Of a stretch of 64,000 nucleotides of DNA, positions 1 to 12,616 are shown in pieces. Source of the DNA: Octopus sinensis (Eukaryota); the NCBI RefSeq assembly GCF_006345805.1, contig NC_043004.1:60512001-60576000 (forward strand), given 5' to 3'. A model generated the notes under the pieces. That model saw nothing but the letters and a program-made list of their open reading frames with translations. It was not told where the DNA came from and did no database searches. Numbering within the stretch: the stretch's first letter is position 1; each line of letters starts with the position of its first letter. A program made the position numbers and the translations under genes.

Positions 1-420
1 CAGGTCGAGGACGAAGATTAGAATGCGGAAGCCAGGGGTAGGAGTGGGAAGAGGAGAGTGGAGGATGGGTGGAGGAGGAGAGGAAGGGGATGAGGAAGAA
101 AAGCGGAATAAGAAGAAGAGAAAGAAGAGAGGAAAAGGAGGAAAAGGGGTAAGGGAGAGAAGAGAAGAATGACTACGGCGATGATATGAATATTTGGAAC
201 GAAAATAAACATCTTCATATTTCTTGGTGCCTCGTCAATGATTAAACTGATGCAGACAAATATATACAGAACAACAATATCACTTGGTACGCGCATACAA
301 AAGAAGCATATAATATCACTATACGAACTGTATATGAGAAAAGAAAAAAGATCTAAACAATGCACTTTCTTTAAACAGACTTACCTGCACTCGGTTTGGA
401 TGTAAAAGCACGCAATAAGA

Positions 421-558
421 ATAATAACACTATTTTAACAATAATAACAATGATGATGATAATAATAATGATGATAACATGATGATGATGACAATAATAA
501 TAATAATAATAATAATAATGATAATAATAATAATAATAATATTAATGATATAATAATG

Positions 559-597
<39 letters not shown>

Positions 598-614
598 TTA
601 TGATAATAATAATG

Positions 615-656
<42 letters not shown>

Positions 657-780
657 TAATATTAATGATAATAATAATAATAATAATAATGAAATAATAA
701 TAATAATAATTATTAATGATAATAATAATGATAATAATAATAATAATAATAATAATAATATATTAATGATAATAATAATG

Positions 781-812
<32 letters not shown>

Positions 813-963
813 TAATAATATATAATAATATTAATGATAATAATAATAATAATAATATAATAATAATACATAATAATAATAATAATAATAATGATAATAA
901 TAATGATAATAATAATAATGATATATAGAATAATAATAATGATAATAATAATAATAATAATAA

Positions 964-1000
<37 letters not shown>

Positions 1001-1031
1001 TAATAATGATAATAATAATAATAATAATAAC

Positions 1032-1080
<49 letters not shown>

Positions 1081-1082
1081 CT
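421..1082. repeat. (AAT)n/(GAT) compound microsatellite
   Basis: Continuous AAT array with recurring ATTAATGAT interruptions. It explains ORFs 812..1135 and 1006..1326. Confidence 0.97.
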
Positions 1083-1383
1083 GGTGATGATAAGCTACAA
1101 TGGCAATGGTAATGAAAATGTGTTAAAATGCACATGCTATGAGAAATGTATTGATGATATCGTACGGGAGCCTAAACAACTTCAAATAAAATTGCATATT
1201 TTACCTTCCTATTCTTTTCTATACTTTTTTCCCAAATGTATAAATCGTGTATTATCTACAACTGTATCGATATCCTATGTGATGTTACAAAACTGTCAGG
1301 AAGGTTCTGATGTTATGAATACCTGATAAGTCTTAAAAGAATACACCCCGCCAAAAAAATCTATAATCACAATATATATATAT

Positions 1384-1437
<54 letters not shown>

Positions 1438-1919
1438 ATATTATATATATATATAATATATTATATATATAATAATATATATATATAAGAGAAAAGTAAA
1501 GCGTATTTTAGGTAATGAAACAAACGTGCTCAAGCCATTATGTTTATGCAACAATAAACCCAGAAATTATTCAGTATATTCCAGTCTGAATAAAGAAAAC
1601 CTATTGCGTAATGCAAATGGCTATCAAAGAAAACTGAAACTAATAAAAGTATGAAGAATTTCAAAAAAAGAAAACGAACGAGATAATATTATTTTCATTA
1701 TTCATGGCCAAACTATAACCAAACGTGATAACAAAATTATAATAACATAACTGGTATTTCATTCAAATAACATCATGATAAGGTGAAAATAATACCCATA
1801 AAAATATAGACATCATAACTATATAAGATGGAAATACTCAGATTTTTTTTGTTTTTAGGTTCCTGTTTTAGAATGTTTTAGAAATATGATGTTGTAGCTG
1901 TATGTAATAGGAAAGAAAG

Positions 1920-2283
1920 CACTCCGTCGGTTTCGACGACGAGGGTCCCGGTTGATCCGAATCAACAGAACAGCCTGCTCGTGAAATTAACGTGTAAGTG
2001 GCTGAGCACTCCACAGACACGTGTACCCTTAACGTAGTTCTCGGGGATATTCAGCGTGACACAGAGAGTGACAAGGCTGGCCCTTTGAAATACAGGTACA
2101 ACAGAAACAGGAAGTAAGAGTGAGAGAAAGTTGTGGTGAAAGAGTACAGCAGGGATCACACCCATCCCCTGCCGGAGCCTCGTGGAGCTTTAGGTGTTTT
2201 CGCTCAATAAACACTCACAATGCCCGGTCTGGGAATCGAAACCGCGAGTCCGCTGCCCTAACCACTGGGCCATTGCGCCTCCA
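1920..2283 (-). mobile_element. tRNA-derived SINE (type A head and body, tail 1)
   Basis: Minus strand begins GGAGGCGCAATGGCCCAGTGGTTAGGGCAGCGGACTCGCGG..TTTCGATTCCC (A/B-box-like head). Head and body are shared with 5041-5328. Confidence 0.85.
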
Positions 2284-2958
2284 CGGCTGTATGTAATATA
2301 ATACACTAAGACGGCTTTAACTAGGTCTACATCAATTCATGTTCTCCTGGAATCTCGCTTTATTATTTCACGTTTAAAGGGCATTTATGTTTTCCTTCAC
2401 AAGTTAACCAATGTGTTGATAAATAAAAGCATCGAAGACGGTAGAGGACGATGCAGTGTAGATTTACATAAAAATATATGCAAACAGGAAAAATAATAGA
2501 TGATAATTAATAATAATTCAAGCAAAAGATTCAAAGAGCAATTTCTGTGTTGAATGGGGGACCCCGAGCGCTGCTCGCGTAAGCGACGGCTGAAAAGAAT
2601 GACTGCTGCTTCAGTCCTAACAGACCGTAGTTTTGTAATATTTCCTGTGGTTACTCTCTTCGAAGCTACAGACGCATCCTCAATACAAGGCAATTCATTT
2701 CCAAGTACACTTTTCAGCTGCCCTCCTCGAACCTACACAGGCATATTAAGTGTAAGTCCATTCTCTCTGACCGTACTCACTATTCGCAACCCCTTTCAAC
2801 AAACAGCTTGAAGCAGCATTTCTCTCACTTTCTCCATTCTATTTTTCAAATGCACCCCTTAATGTAACCCCACTGAAATTCAGATGTTTGACTGGTTTAT
2901 TTGTTTTAGGGATTTGTGTATTTTTTTTATTAGGCTAAAGAATTAAGAAATGAGATAA

Positions 2959-2996
<38 letters not shown>

Positions 2997-3001
<5 letters not shown>

Positions 3002-4421
3002 GGTGTCCGTATGCATTCGATCCTTCTTCCAGGAAATCTACGCTCCCAGCTTAGTTTTTCTAATGCTCGTTGCTTAGTTTTTCTTGGAGGGCTGGCCGTG
3101 ATCTAGTAATCTCAAGATTAATCAGCCGAAATTACTACGATGATCCGGTTCTTGACTGAAGACTGAGGGTTTCGAATGTCCTGTCCGTGTTTATTGTATC
3201 GTCTTCTAAGAGTTATACGTTCTTGTCCATGTTGTATTTGTCTACATACCTTAACATATATTCCAGGCGCCACGTACCCTCTTAACATTAATGTGAGCAC
3301 ATATTCTTAATAACTGGTACGACTCTTTGTTTGTCTCTCTCTCTCTCTCACTTTTACTTGATCTGTCCCCTTCTCTCTCTACTCATCCTCTTTTTCTCTT
3401 CTCTTTCCTCTGATTCTTTGGTCTAATCTTCCACTACCCTCCTATTTCTTTGTCTCGCTCTGTACTCACAGGTCAATCTTCGATACCCATCCCTTCTACT
3501 CTCTGATTCCTTCTTTCTCTCTCTTCTCTCTCTTTGTTGCGTTTGTCCCTCCTCTCTCTCTCTCCTCTCTCTCTCTCTTCCGTTGTTTCTCTTTCTTTTC
3601 TTTTCTCTCTTCTCTGTCACGTGACTGCTGGCCGAAATCTGCCTTTCAGCTTCTGACCAGCGTCGTGTTAACATCGTTGTTTTTCGTCCGCCGCTATAAG
3701 CATCGCCGATAAGGCTCCTTTCCTCGCGCCAGAGAAAAAATTTGTTCGCTTGTTATCAGTCGTAAGACACTTGTTGTTGTTTTCACCGTTAATGCTTCTG
3801 TATTTCATGCTTCTGTATTCCATTATTTTTTTGTTTTTTTATATTCGTCCCTTTTGCTGTCCTGGTGTCCGTATGCATTCGATCCTTCTTCCAGGAAATC
3901 TACGCTCCCAGCTTAGTTTTTCTAATGCTCGTTGCTTAGTTTTTCTTGGAGGGCTGGCCGTGATCTAGTAATCTCAAGATTAATCAGCCGAAATTACTAC
4001 GATGATCCGGTTCTTGACTGAAGACTGAGGGTTTCGAATGTCCTGTCCGTGTTTATTGTATCGTCTTCTAAGAGTTATACGTTCTTGTCCATGTTGTATT
4101 TTTCTACATACCTTAACATATATTCCAGGCGCCACGTACCCTCTTAACATTAATGTGAGCACATATTCTTAATAACTGGTACGACTCTTTGTTTGTCTCT
4201 CTCTCTCTCTCACTTTTACTTGATCTGTCCCCTTCTCTCTCTACTCATCCTTTTTTCTCTCTTCTCTTTCCTCTGATTCTTTGGTCTAATCTTCCACTAC
4301 CCTCCTATTTCTTTGTCTCGCTCTGCACTCACAGGTCAATCTTCGACACCCATCCCTTCTCCTCTCTGATTCCTTCTTTCACTCTCTTCTCTCTCTCTTC
4401 TCTTTGTTGCGTTTGTCCCTC

Positions 4422-4452
<31 letters not shown>

Positions 4453-4992
4453 TCCGTTGCTTCTCTTTCTTCTTTTTTCTTTCTCTTCTCTGTCACGTGA
4501 CTGCTGGCCGAAATCTGCCTTTCAGCTTCTGACCAGCGTCGTGTTAACATCGTTGTTTTTAGTCCGCCGCTATAGGCATCGCCGATAAGGCTCCTTTCCT
4601 CGCGCCAGAGAAAAAATTTGTTTGCTTGTTATCAGTCGTAAGACACTTGTTGTTGTTTTCACCGTTAATGCTTCTGTATTTCATGTTTCTGTATTCCATT
4701 ATTTTTTTGTTTTTTTATATTCGTCCCTTTTGCTGTCCTGGTGTCCGTATGCATTCGATCCTTCTTCCAGGAAATCTACGCTCCCAGCTTAGTTTTTCTA
4801 ATGCTCGTTGCTTAGTTTTTCTTGGAGGGCTGGCCGTGATCTAGTAATCTCAAGATTAATCAGCCGAAATTACTACGATGATCCGGTTCTTGACTGAAGA
4901 CTGAGGGTTTCGAATGTCCTGTCCGTGTTTATTGTATCGTCTTCTAAGAGTTATACGTTCTTGTCCATGTTGTATTTTTCTACATACCTTAA
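2997..4992 (-). repeat. Head-to-tail tandem repeat of ~862-876 bp, 2.3 copies, probably PLE-derived
   Basis: GTCCTGGTGTCCGTATGCATTCG recurs at 2997, 3859 and 4735. Units are near-identical and bounded by (TA)n. The minus-strand peptide GIYVKV..ERITLRRRYNKHGQDIRN weakly resembles GIY-YIG (inference). Confidence 0.9.
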
Positions 4993-5008
4993 TATATATA
5001 TATATACA

Positions 5009-5040
<32 letters not shown>

Positions 5041-5043
<3 letters not shown>

Positions 5044-5328
5044 CGCAATGGCTCAGTGGTTAGGGCTGCGGACTCGCGGTTGTAAGATCGCGGTCTCGAT
5101 TCCCATGCCGGGCGTTTTGAGTGTTTATTGAGCGAAAACACCTAAAGATCCACGAGTCTCCGGTAGTGGGGTGGCGATCCCTGCTGTACTCTTTTGCCAC
5201 AACTTTCTCTCACATGTTCTTCCGTTGGCCTGCTCGCTTAGCTAAAAAAAAAAGGCTAAAAAAATGTGAAGCGCATTGTGAACCATTGATGTATAGCAAC
5301 ATCTGATAGCCTGGTCGGTTACGGTGAT
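5041..5328 (+). mobile_element. tRNA-derived SINE (type A head and body, tail 2)
   Basis: Same head and body as 1920-2283, but a different 3' tail (AAGCGCATTGTG..CTGATAGCCTGGTCGGTTACGGTGAT) ending in (TA)n. Confidence 0.8.
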
Positions 5329-5335
5329 ATATATA

Positions 5336-5373
<38 letters not shown>

Positions 5374-5376
<3 letters not shown>

Positions 5377-5695
5377 GGTGAATGAATTATCCTAGTATTG
5401 ATAATTCGGTTATTCGATACCTGGGTAGCACATTCACGTCAGAAAACACGGTTGAAGCTACATGCCAAGGGCAGAAACCCCGTGTTCTTGTGTGTAATCT
5501 GTGTGTTTTTTTATATTAATAAATGAAAGAATGGAGTCAAACGAAGATTTTAACAAAATTCCTTTACTCTCAACACATGTTTCGAAGACTGCATGCTCTT
5601 AATTCCTAATTAAGAGTATGCAGTCTTCGAAACATGTGTTGAGAGTAAAGGAATTTTGTTAAAATCTTCGTTCGACTCCATTCTTTCATTTATTA
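5374..5695. repeat. Dispersed repeat (copy of 49527-49800) ending in an 88-bp fold-back palindrome
   Basis: Starts GTAGGTGAATGAATTATCCTAGTATTG as at 49527. Arms 5517-5604 and 5608-5695, 3-nt loop, 2 differences. Confidence 0.9.
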
Positions 5696-5700
5696 TATAT

Positions 5701-5742
<42 letters not shown>

Positions 5743-7084
5743 GAATGAAGAAAGGTATGGCTGCGTGATTAAGAATCTTTGATATTCCTCATTCGATCCC
5801 ACTGTCACACAACACTGGCAAGTATGTTTAACATAACCTGGTGCCGACCCAATCCTCGTGACTATATTTAGGTGGAAGAAAAACGAGTAAGTCTTGTCAC
5901 ATTGTATCAAACTGTTTTTATCCACAAATTACATTAGGGTTCAACATGTCTGAGGAATACTCCACTCGTTCTTAACACTAATTCAATAAATGGCTGTCGA
6001 GTTGATTAAACAATTGGAGGCTCATACACCGAAATCGATATGATAGTCCATCATATATCTCTAACTTAAAATGGCTATCACATTTTCGTGAAGCATTTTC
6101 GAACCATTTCATTGATCATCAATGCAAATTTTCTTTCCCGTCGTCTTTCGATACAAAGTTTGTGCCCCGCGGGCAAATGAATTCAACATGCAAGCAGTTT
6201 GTCTTGGTTCTAAGATTTCTGTGAAAGAATCATTCTTCTTTTATTTGAGATTGCTTTATGTTAGTTGCAGAGCTTTGTTCACTATATACGTTTCAAGCAC
6301 ACTCACACACATACACATATGCACGTAGACATCTATCTTCAAATAGCGTTTAAATTTCTTAGATTAAAGTTCACTTGAAGTAAATACAAAAAAGGTATGA
6401 GACAAACCATTCCTATTTTATCTCTGTATTGTGTCTTATGTATTTCTTGACGTATGTTCCTGTTTCTGCATAAAGTCACACGAACAACTAAAGAATGTAA
6501 GTGCATTGACGTGTACTGAGGCATACTGTGGTGTTGTTGACTGCATTGTTCCATTTCTTTATTTGCTGATATAAAGGGAACAGGGGAAAGATTACACGAT
6601 GACAGGAGAAAGAGAGAGAAAGAGAGAGAGACAGAGAGAGTAGGGGAGTGAGTTAGAGTTAAATGTAATACAGTAAAAGACGAATACTTATAAAAAGGAG
6701 TGGTTCATCAACAGATGATTAAAAGAAACTTAAAGAGAAAAGTAAGAATGAAGAGGGAAAAATGTGATTAAGTGAAGGAGCAAGATGATTTGACGAAACA
6801 AAAAATATAGAGTGACAGAGAATTATAGGAGAAAAATTTAAAAGATTCTGTAACAGATGTGTGGAATTTTAAAGAAGTATATTTGAAAATGGAGAGATAG
6901 ATATATGCGAGTGCAAAAGATAAGTGTATTTACGTGTAAAGAGACTATATGAAAACTGGATGAAGGAAGAGAATATAATACGGTTAGATGAATGCGGTGC
7001 AAAAGCAGAGATAGCTACAAAAAGACAGCGAGGGAAAGAGATAGAAGTATTATAGGAAGAAATAGATATAAATAGATGGAAAGC

Positions 7085-7094
7085 GATAGAAAGC

Positions 7095-7176
<82 letters not shown>
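7085..7176. repeat. (GATA)n microsatellite
   Basis: Pure GATA array. Explains the LSIY repeats in ORFs 6869..7429 and 7015..7284. Confidence 0.97.
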
Positions 7177-8011
7177 GCCAGTAAGAAGATGAAATAACAG
7201 AAGCAGATAGTGGGAGAAAAAGATAACAAAAAATGACAGAGTGACGGAAAGAGATAAGAAAAACATACATAGAGACAATAACAATTGGACGGGTAGACAC
7301 AGTCAAAGAGACAAATAGAGATAGGTGCAAGAAATGTAGTAAGAAAAAGATGTTATAAAGATAGAAAGAAAATGCGAGAGATTGAAGGAGCTTCCGAAGA
7401 GGAAAAAGCCGTAAAGGAATAAGAAGCATGCAAGGAAGTTGGGGAAAGGGTGGATTGGAAAGGTGAGAGAAATATTTTCGATTAAAAGAATATCAGAGAA
7501 TACAAAAACGGGAGCGAAGTTACGAAAAGAGAAGAGGAAAAGAACGGAAGACCATGAAAGGAGAGGGGCATGAATACAAGGGAAAAACAGCTGATGGAGA
7601 GAAACATTTTAGGCATGGGAGGTCGTTAAAAGGAGAAAGCTTCGAATTGTAGAGAGGAAATGAGTGAAAGGGAGATAATTTAGTGAAGGATACGCGATGT
7701 GAATAAATGTAAGAGAAAAAAATTGGACAACAAATGAAAAAATATAAAGATGTTTAATATCTTAATATAGTCGGAAAACGAGGTAGAAGGAAAGGACAAT
7801 AGGAGAAAGAGCGAGTAGGAAAAATGATATAAACGTAGAGATGAGGAGAAATATCAATAGGTGCAAGGATGATGTTCTGTTCATTGTTTAGTTGTTGATG
7901 TATGTTTTTTTAAATAACTTTTTTATAAGCAGCTGAAAGTAACGTCTAAAAGAGAAATAAAAGTTGGGCGGTAGGAGAAAAGGAAGAGAAGACTCAAGAG
8001 AACAGAAGTGA

Positions 8012-8043
<32 letters not shown>

Positions 8044-9832
8044 AAGAGGAAGAAGGGAGAGAGACCGAAAGAAAGTTAGAATATTGAAGCCAGAACAATG
8101 CTTATTCATTACTGCAGGCGTCTTTCGTCTTCTTTCGCTTCAGTTGGGAACTTGCTGACAGAAAGACAAAGGAATAAAAGTTAAATAAGAAAATGAAAAA
8201 AAAGACAAAAAAAACGTGAAAAACAAGGCGATATTCAACTTATAATAAGACCAGAAGCAGCAAAAGCAACAGCAACAGCAGTAGCAACAACATTAATAGT
8301 AGTGGTGCTGGAATGTTTGGTTGTGTAGTTTTCGATGGCGTGGCGGTAGCATCGGGGATTTTTAAGAAAAGAATTGATAATATTCAATGGGTTGTGCGAA
8401 TGTCAGAGCGGTGAAGGTGGGCCATTGACGTAGCAATGCGGCGGATTTTAATGATTCGAAATGAATTGCATTTTTCTTTTTCGCTTTGTTTTTCTTTTCT
8501 TTTTTTCATCTATGTTCTGCGTTCAAATCCCATATGGAATAAATTATGCTGTTCGTTTAAAATATTGAAGCTTGCAAGACACCATGAAACCTCTCCTCGT
8601 ATCTCAAATTCTAACTTGATTGAAAACGTATTTTATTTCACCTCCTCAGATCACCATATTATTTACGCACTTTCACAAATGCCAATATATATGTATATGA
8701 TGTATGAGCTTTTGTGTGTATGTGTTTGTGTGAGTGTGTGTGGAGAGGGAGAGAGAGAGACAGACAGACAGACAGAGAAAGAGAGAGAGAGACAGAGACG
8801 CAGAGAGAGGCCGTTAGAGACTGACAGAGATGCAATGAGAGAATGCAAAATCCAGAAGATAAAATACGATAATTCCACGGGATGGCATTAGTCCAAAATA
8901 ATTATTAACTTTTAACGCTCAGGGAAATGGAAAGAGTTCATTCTGTAACGTTTCGGACCGCTGTGCATCTTGAGATTTAGTGATAAAATTAGGGAAGATA
9001 TTGATGAGATACTGGAGTAAGGAAAGAAAAGCAAAAATGTGCAATCCTAGCATAGACGCCATATGGTGGTCCACATGCTGACCGATGATTGACATGATGT
9101 TAGAGGGTGAGCTAAAAGGGTTGGTTTATGATAGAATTTGAAAGAGAGGTTTATGCCTGTGTAAACGATACTCTGGGCTTGTGTTTGCATGTACGTGTAT
9201 GTGCGTAAGAGAGAGAGAGAAGACAGAGATAAAGACAGAATCAGAAACTGAGAGAGAGACAAAGGGAGTGAGAGGCAAGTATTGCGAAAAGTAGATTTAT
9301 GTGTGGACTCAATCCTTTGTGTATGAGTATAAAACATGAATACTGCTTTGTTCTGTTTAGTCAATATGTGATTGCAAGTGTCTGTGCACGAGTGAGAAGG
9401 TGTAGCGTTTGCGTATGTGTAGGCAGTGTGTATGCGTGAGAGCTGTTGTTGCACATGTTAACAACTCCTTCATGATAAATCACCTGCATACATACTTTGT
9501 CTAAACAACTATCCTGCACTTTCCTACGCGTACACACACACACATACACACACACACAAACACACATTAACACATGACATAGAGCTGATGACGAGCACAC
9601 GAATTGTTATTTTCGCACATGACTTGCACACATATATATTGACGTATATTGCATCGAGTTCCCTGGCGAGACGTTTAGCCCTTTAATCAAGAAAGCTACA
9701 TGAATGTGGCGTTAAATTTGAATTGGCGCACGACCGGTACGGGTCCGAAATCAGTTGAAAGCTCGCTGAAGAAAGCAGGGCGGAATTTGTACTGTACACT
9801 CTCACACACACATACTCATACTTACACACACA

Positions 9833-9877
<45 letters not shown>

Positions 9878-10149
9878 AATCAGGAGTGAGTACATTTACA
9901 TAAATACGCCCAAAAGATCCTTACAATTTCGCCCTTTTGACGTTGATATTGTTCACTTTTGGTGACGCTAATGCCGATAAGACACTTGGAACAGCTAACA
10001 AACACAATCTTAGGGCTGAAACATGGAAGACATAAAAGAAAGTGTATAAATAGATGTATATATGTTTTTATATATATATATATATACAGGGAGTGGTATG
10101 ACAGTAGTAGGATGTTGGTGGAATCCTCTAAAAAGTTCACGTGATCTAA

Positions 10150-12520
10150 CAGCGACCTGTTGTGGTTGTAATAGTAGTGATTGGAATTGTTCTGAATAAA
10201 TTCACGTGAACTGACTGTTTTTAAATATTTTTTAATATTTGCGTGGGCATTATTCTAAGGCCCTTGTAACAGTGTCATTTGTGGGGGCGCATTGAAAAGG
10301 ATTTATAATTTGTCATAAGATATGACGGTTTGCGAATGCGCTGACTACAGGTTGCATCGTCTCTGAATTTATAGAAGGGAAAAATTCTGAAGATGGGTTG
10401 TTTGTTACAGGCGCAAATGTCGATGTGTTCGCTGAATGCTATATTTCTGTATTCCCGAATTTTGAGCTGGGATTTCAGCAGACGATCCTTTGTCGTAGAC
10501 TGTTTTTGGCCTGGCCTATGTATTGCTCTCGACACCCAGAGCAAGTTAATATATATGTTAGGTTCTCTGAAGCACATGTGAAGCTGCTTTTCACTGTAAA
10601 ACGTTGACTCTGTTTGGAAGAGAACTCCGATCCCTCCAATATGTTGACGCATATACCACAGCTACGTCTTCCGCATTTTTTTACTGACGGCTTCAGTGTT
10701 GTTGTCGAGTCTACTTGGACTTGTATTAGGAGAGGTTTTTATAGATTTGGATTTTCTTTTACTCCTTATGATGGTGTGCGTTTAGAGAATTAAATTCATT
10801 CTGTGGTCTCTTTTTATTAGGAGAATGTTCTGGAGGATGTTTCGAAGGATTCATTGTTAAGGTGGTTGTGTGTGAAAATGTATGGTAGTGCTTTTGGTTG
10901 GAAATCCTTCTTTAATTTGGGATGCCTGAGTTCGTGGATATTGAGTCGTTGGGTACGTTGAAAGCCTATATCAATTAGTGATCGTGGGTACTTCCTGGTA
11001 ATGAGTGTATCCTTTAATTCATGTAGTCGTGTGTCCCTGGTGCTTGTTTTAAAAATTAAAGAATCCTTTTTGCTAGGTTGAAAGGGATATTCATTCTAGT
11101 GTGTTTGGGTGGCATGAGTTGAACGGCAGATATTGCTTGGAGTCCGTGGGCTTATAGTATATATGTTTCTATTTCGTTGTTAGATGTCTTAATGAGGATG
11201 TCAAGGAATAGAAGTTGCTGATGGCTATACTCCAACGTGAATTGAATGTTTACCTCAAGTCCATTTATAAATGCTTGAAATTCTTTAAGCCTCTCTATAT
11301 TTTCATGCAAAAGAATGAAACAGTTATCTAAATGCCTCTCCCAGTTATTTTCTATGTAGAGGGAGAATGGGTTGCCGTATTTTTGTAGTATATTACGATG
11401 AAGATTGATTTCTGGAAATCCCATGACTAGGTTCGCAAAGGAGGGGGGCCATCCGCGTACCCATCGCAGTCCTCGATTTTGGTCGATAGAAGTTGTCTTT
11501 GAAGACGAAGTGGTTATTCTCCAAGATGAATTTTAGTCCTTCTATCATGAATTCTTTTTTGATTCGATGTGGGAGTTGATTGGAGTAATTCTCTAGTCAG
11601 AACTGAATTGCATCTATTCCTAGGTTGTGGGGGATATTGGAATAGAGTTTGACTACATCGAAGGATACTAGTAGGGTGTTTTTGCTTATTGTTTTAGGGA
11701 AGTGATCGAGCATATCTAGGACGTCCCTTATGTAGCTTTTGATATGCCTGAGGAATGGTTTTAAGAAGGTATCTAAAACGTTATTGAGGCAATGGGTTTA
11801 GCATTCCGGACCTGCTGCTTTATGTCTTAGTTTGAGGTCATTAGGATTAAGGTGGCTATCCTGCATGCGTTACTTATTTTCTCACTTTTGTGTATCTTAG
11901 GAATACCGTAGAATTGACTGGATTTACTTTTGAAATTGGACATATAATCGTATTCCTTGTCGGTGAGCTCTTCTTTGTATAGGTTTGACATAGATTTTAG
12001 ATTTCTCATTATTTTCTGCTGACTATAGTATTGAACCTTTTCATAATGTTGTCTTCTAATATGGATAGTACTAGAGTTATATAGTATACCGTGTCCATTA
12101 AGACAACTGCACTTCCTTTACTAGCTTCTTTGATTCTTATTGTTTTATCATCTTTTAATTTTAGTTCTGCCCATTCTTTTTTGCTGAAGATTGGCTTGTG
12201 TTTGTGTTTGTGTATATGCTGATATTGGTAATTCCTGATGTATTGACAGAAATGGTCAAGAATTTTGTTCATACTTTTTGAAGGGGTGTAGTTATTCTAT
12301 TTCAGACTAACGATTCGTCCTCGTTGTATTAGTCGTATAGTTTTTCGGCTAGTCGTAATTTTCTACAGAATTCTGCGGCGTCTTCTTTCATTTCGTTGTA
12401 GTTGGGGCGTTGGTGGGTGGGTGTAAACTTTGGAGAGTACGTTGATTTGGTTTGTTGATAGTTCTATGTGAGATTGATGATTGTTATCACTTCTGGTTCC
12501 TCCTGTCTGCCTGGTGCTAT
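10150..12520 (-). mobile_element. Penelope-like retroelement, degraded pol (RT + GIY-YIG endonuclease)
   Basis: Minus-strand translation across stops and frameshifts gives SKSSQFYGIPKIHKS, LLVSFDVVKLYSNIPH, TAMGTRMAPLLANLVMG, WRHLDNCFIL (YxDD-like), LLFLDILIK, then CGRRSCGIC..FTCASENLTYILTCSGCREQYIGQ..LRQR (GIY-YIG). Boundaries approximate. Confidence 0.9.
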
Positions 12521-12564
12521 ATATATACACATACATGCATACATACACCTTGTGTGTATTTACA

Positions 12565-12610
<46 letters not shown>

Positions 12611-12616
12611 AATACA

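Noticed and set aside
343-430. Minus-strand splice donor CAG|GTAAGT at 385/384
   Set aside because: No convincing acceptor or coding frame upstream; the adjacent sequence is microsatellite.
3070-3180. Hammerhead in the 870-bp tandem unit (GGCTG..CAGCC-GAAAT; CTGAAGA)
   Set aside because: The core halves are not in a compatible order or spacing, and there is no stem I.
6869-7429. 186-aa hydrophobic ORF
   Set aside because: Antisense of purine-rich low-complexity DNA and (GATA)n.
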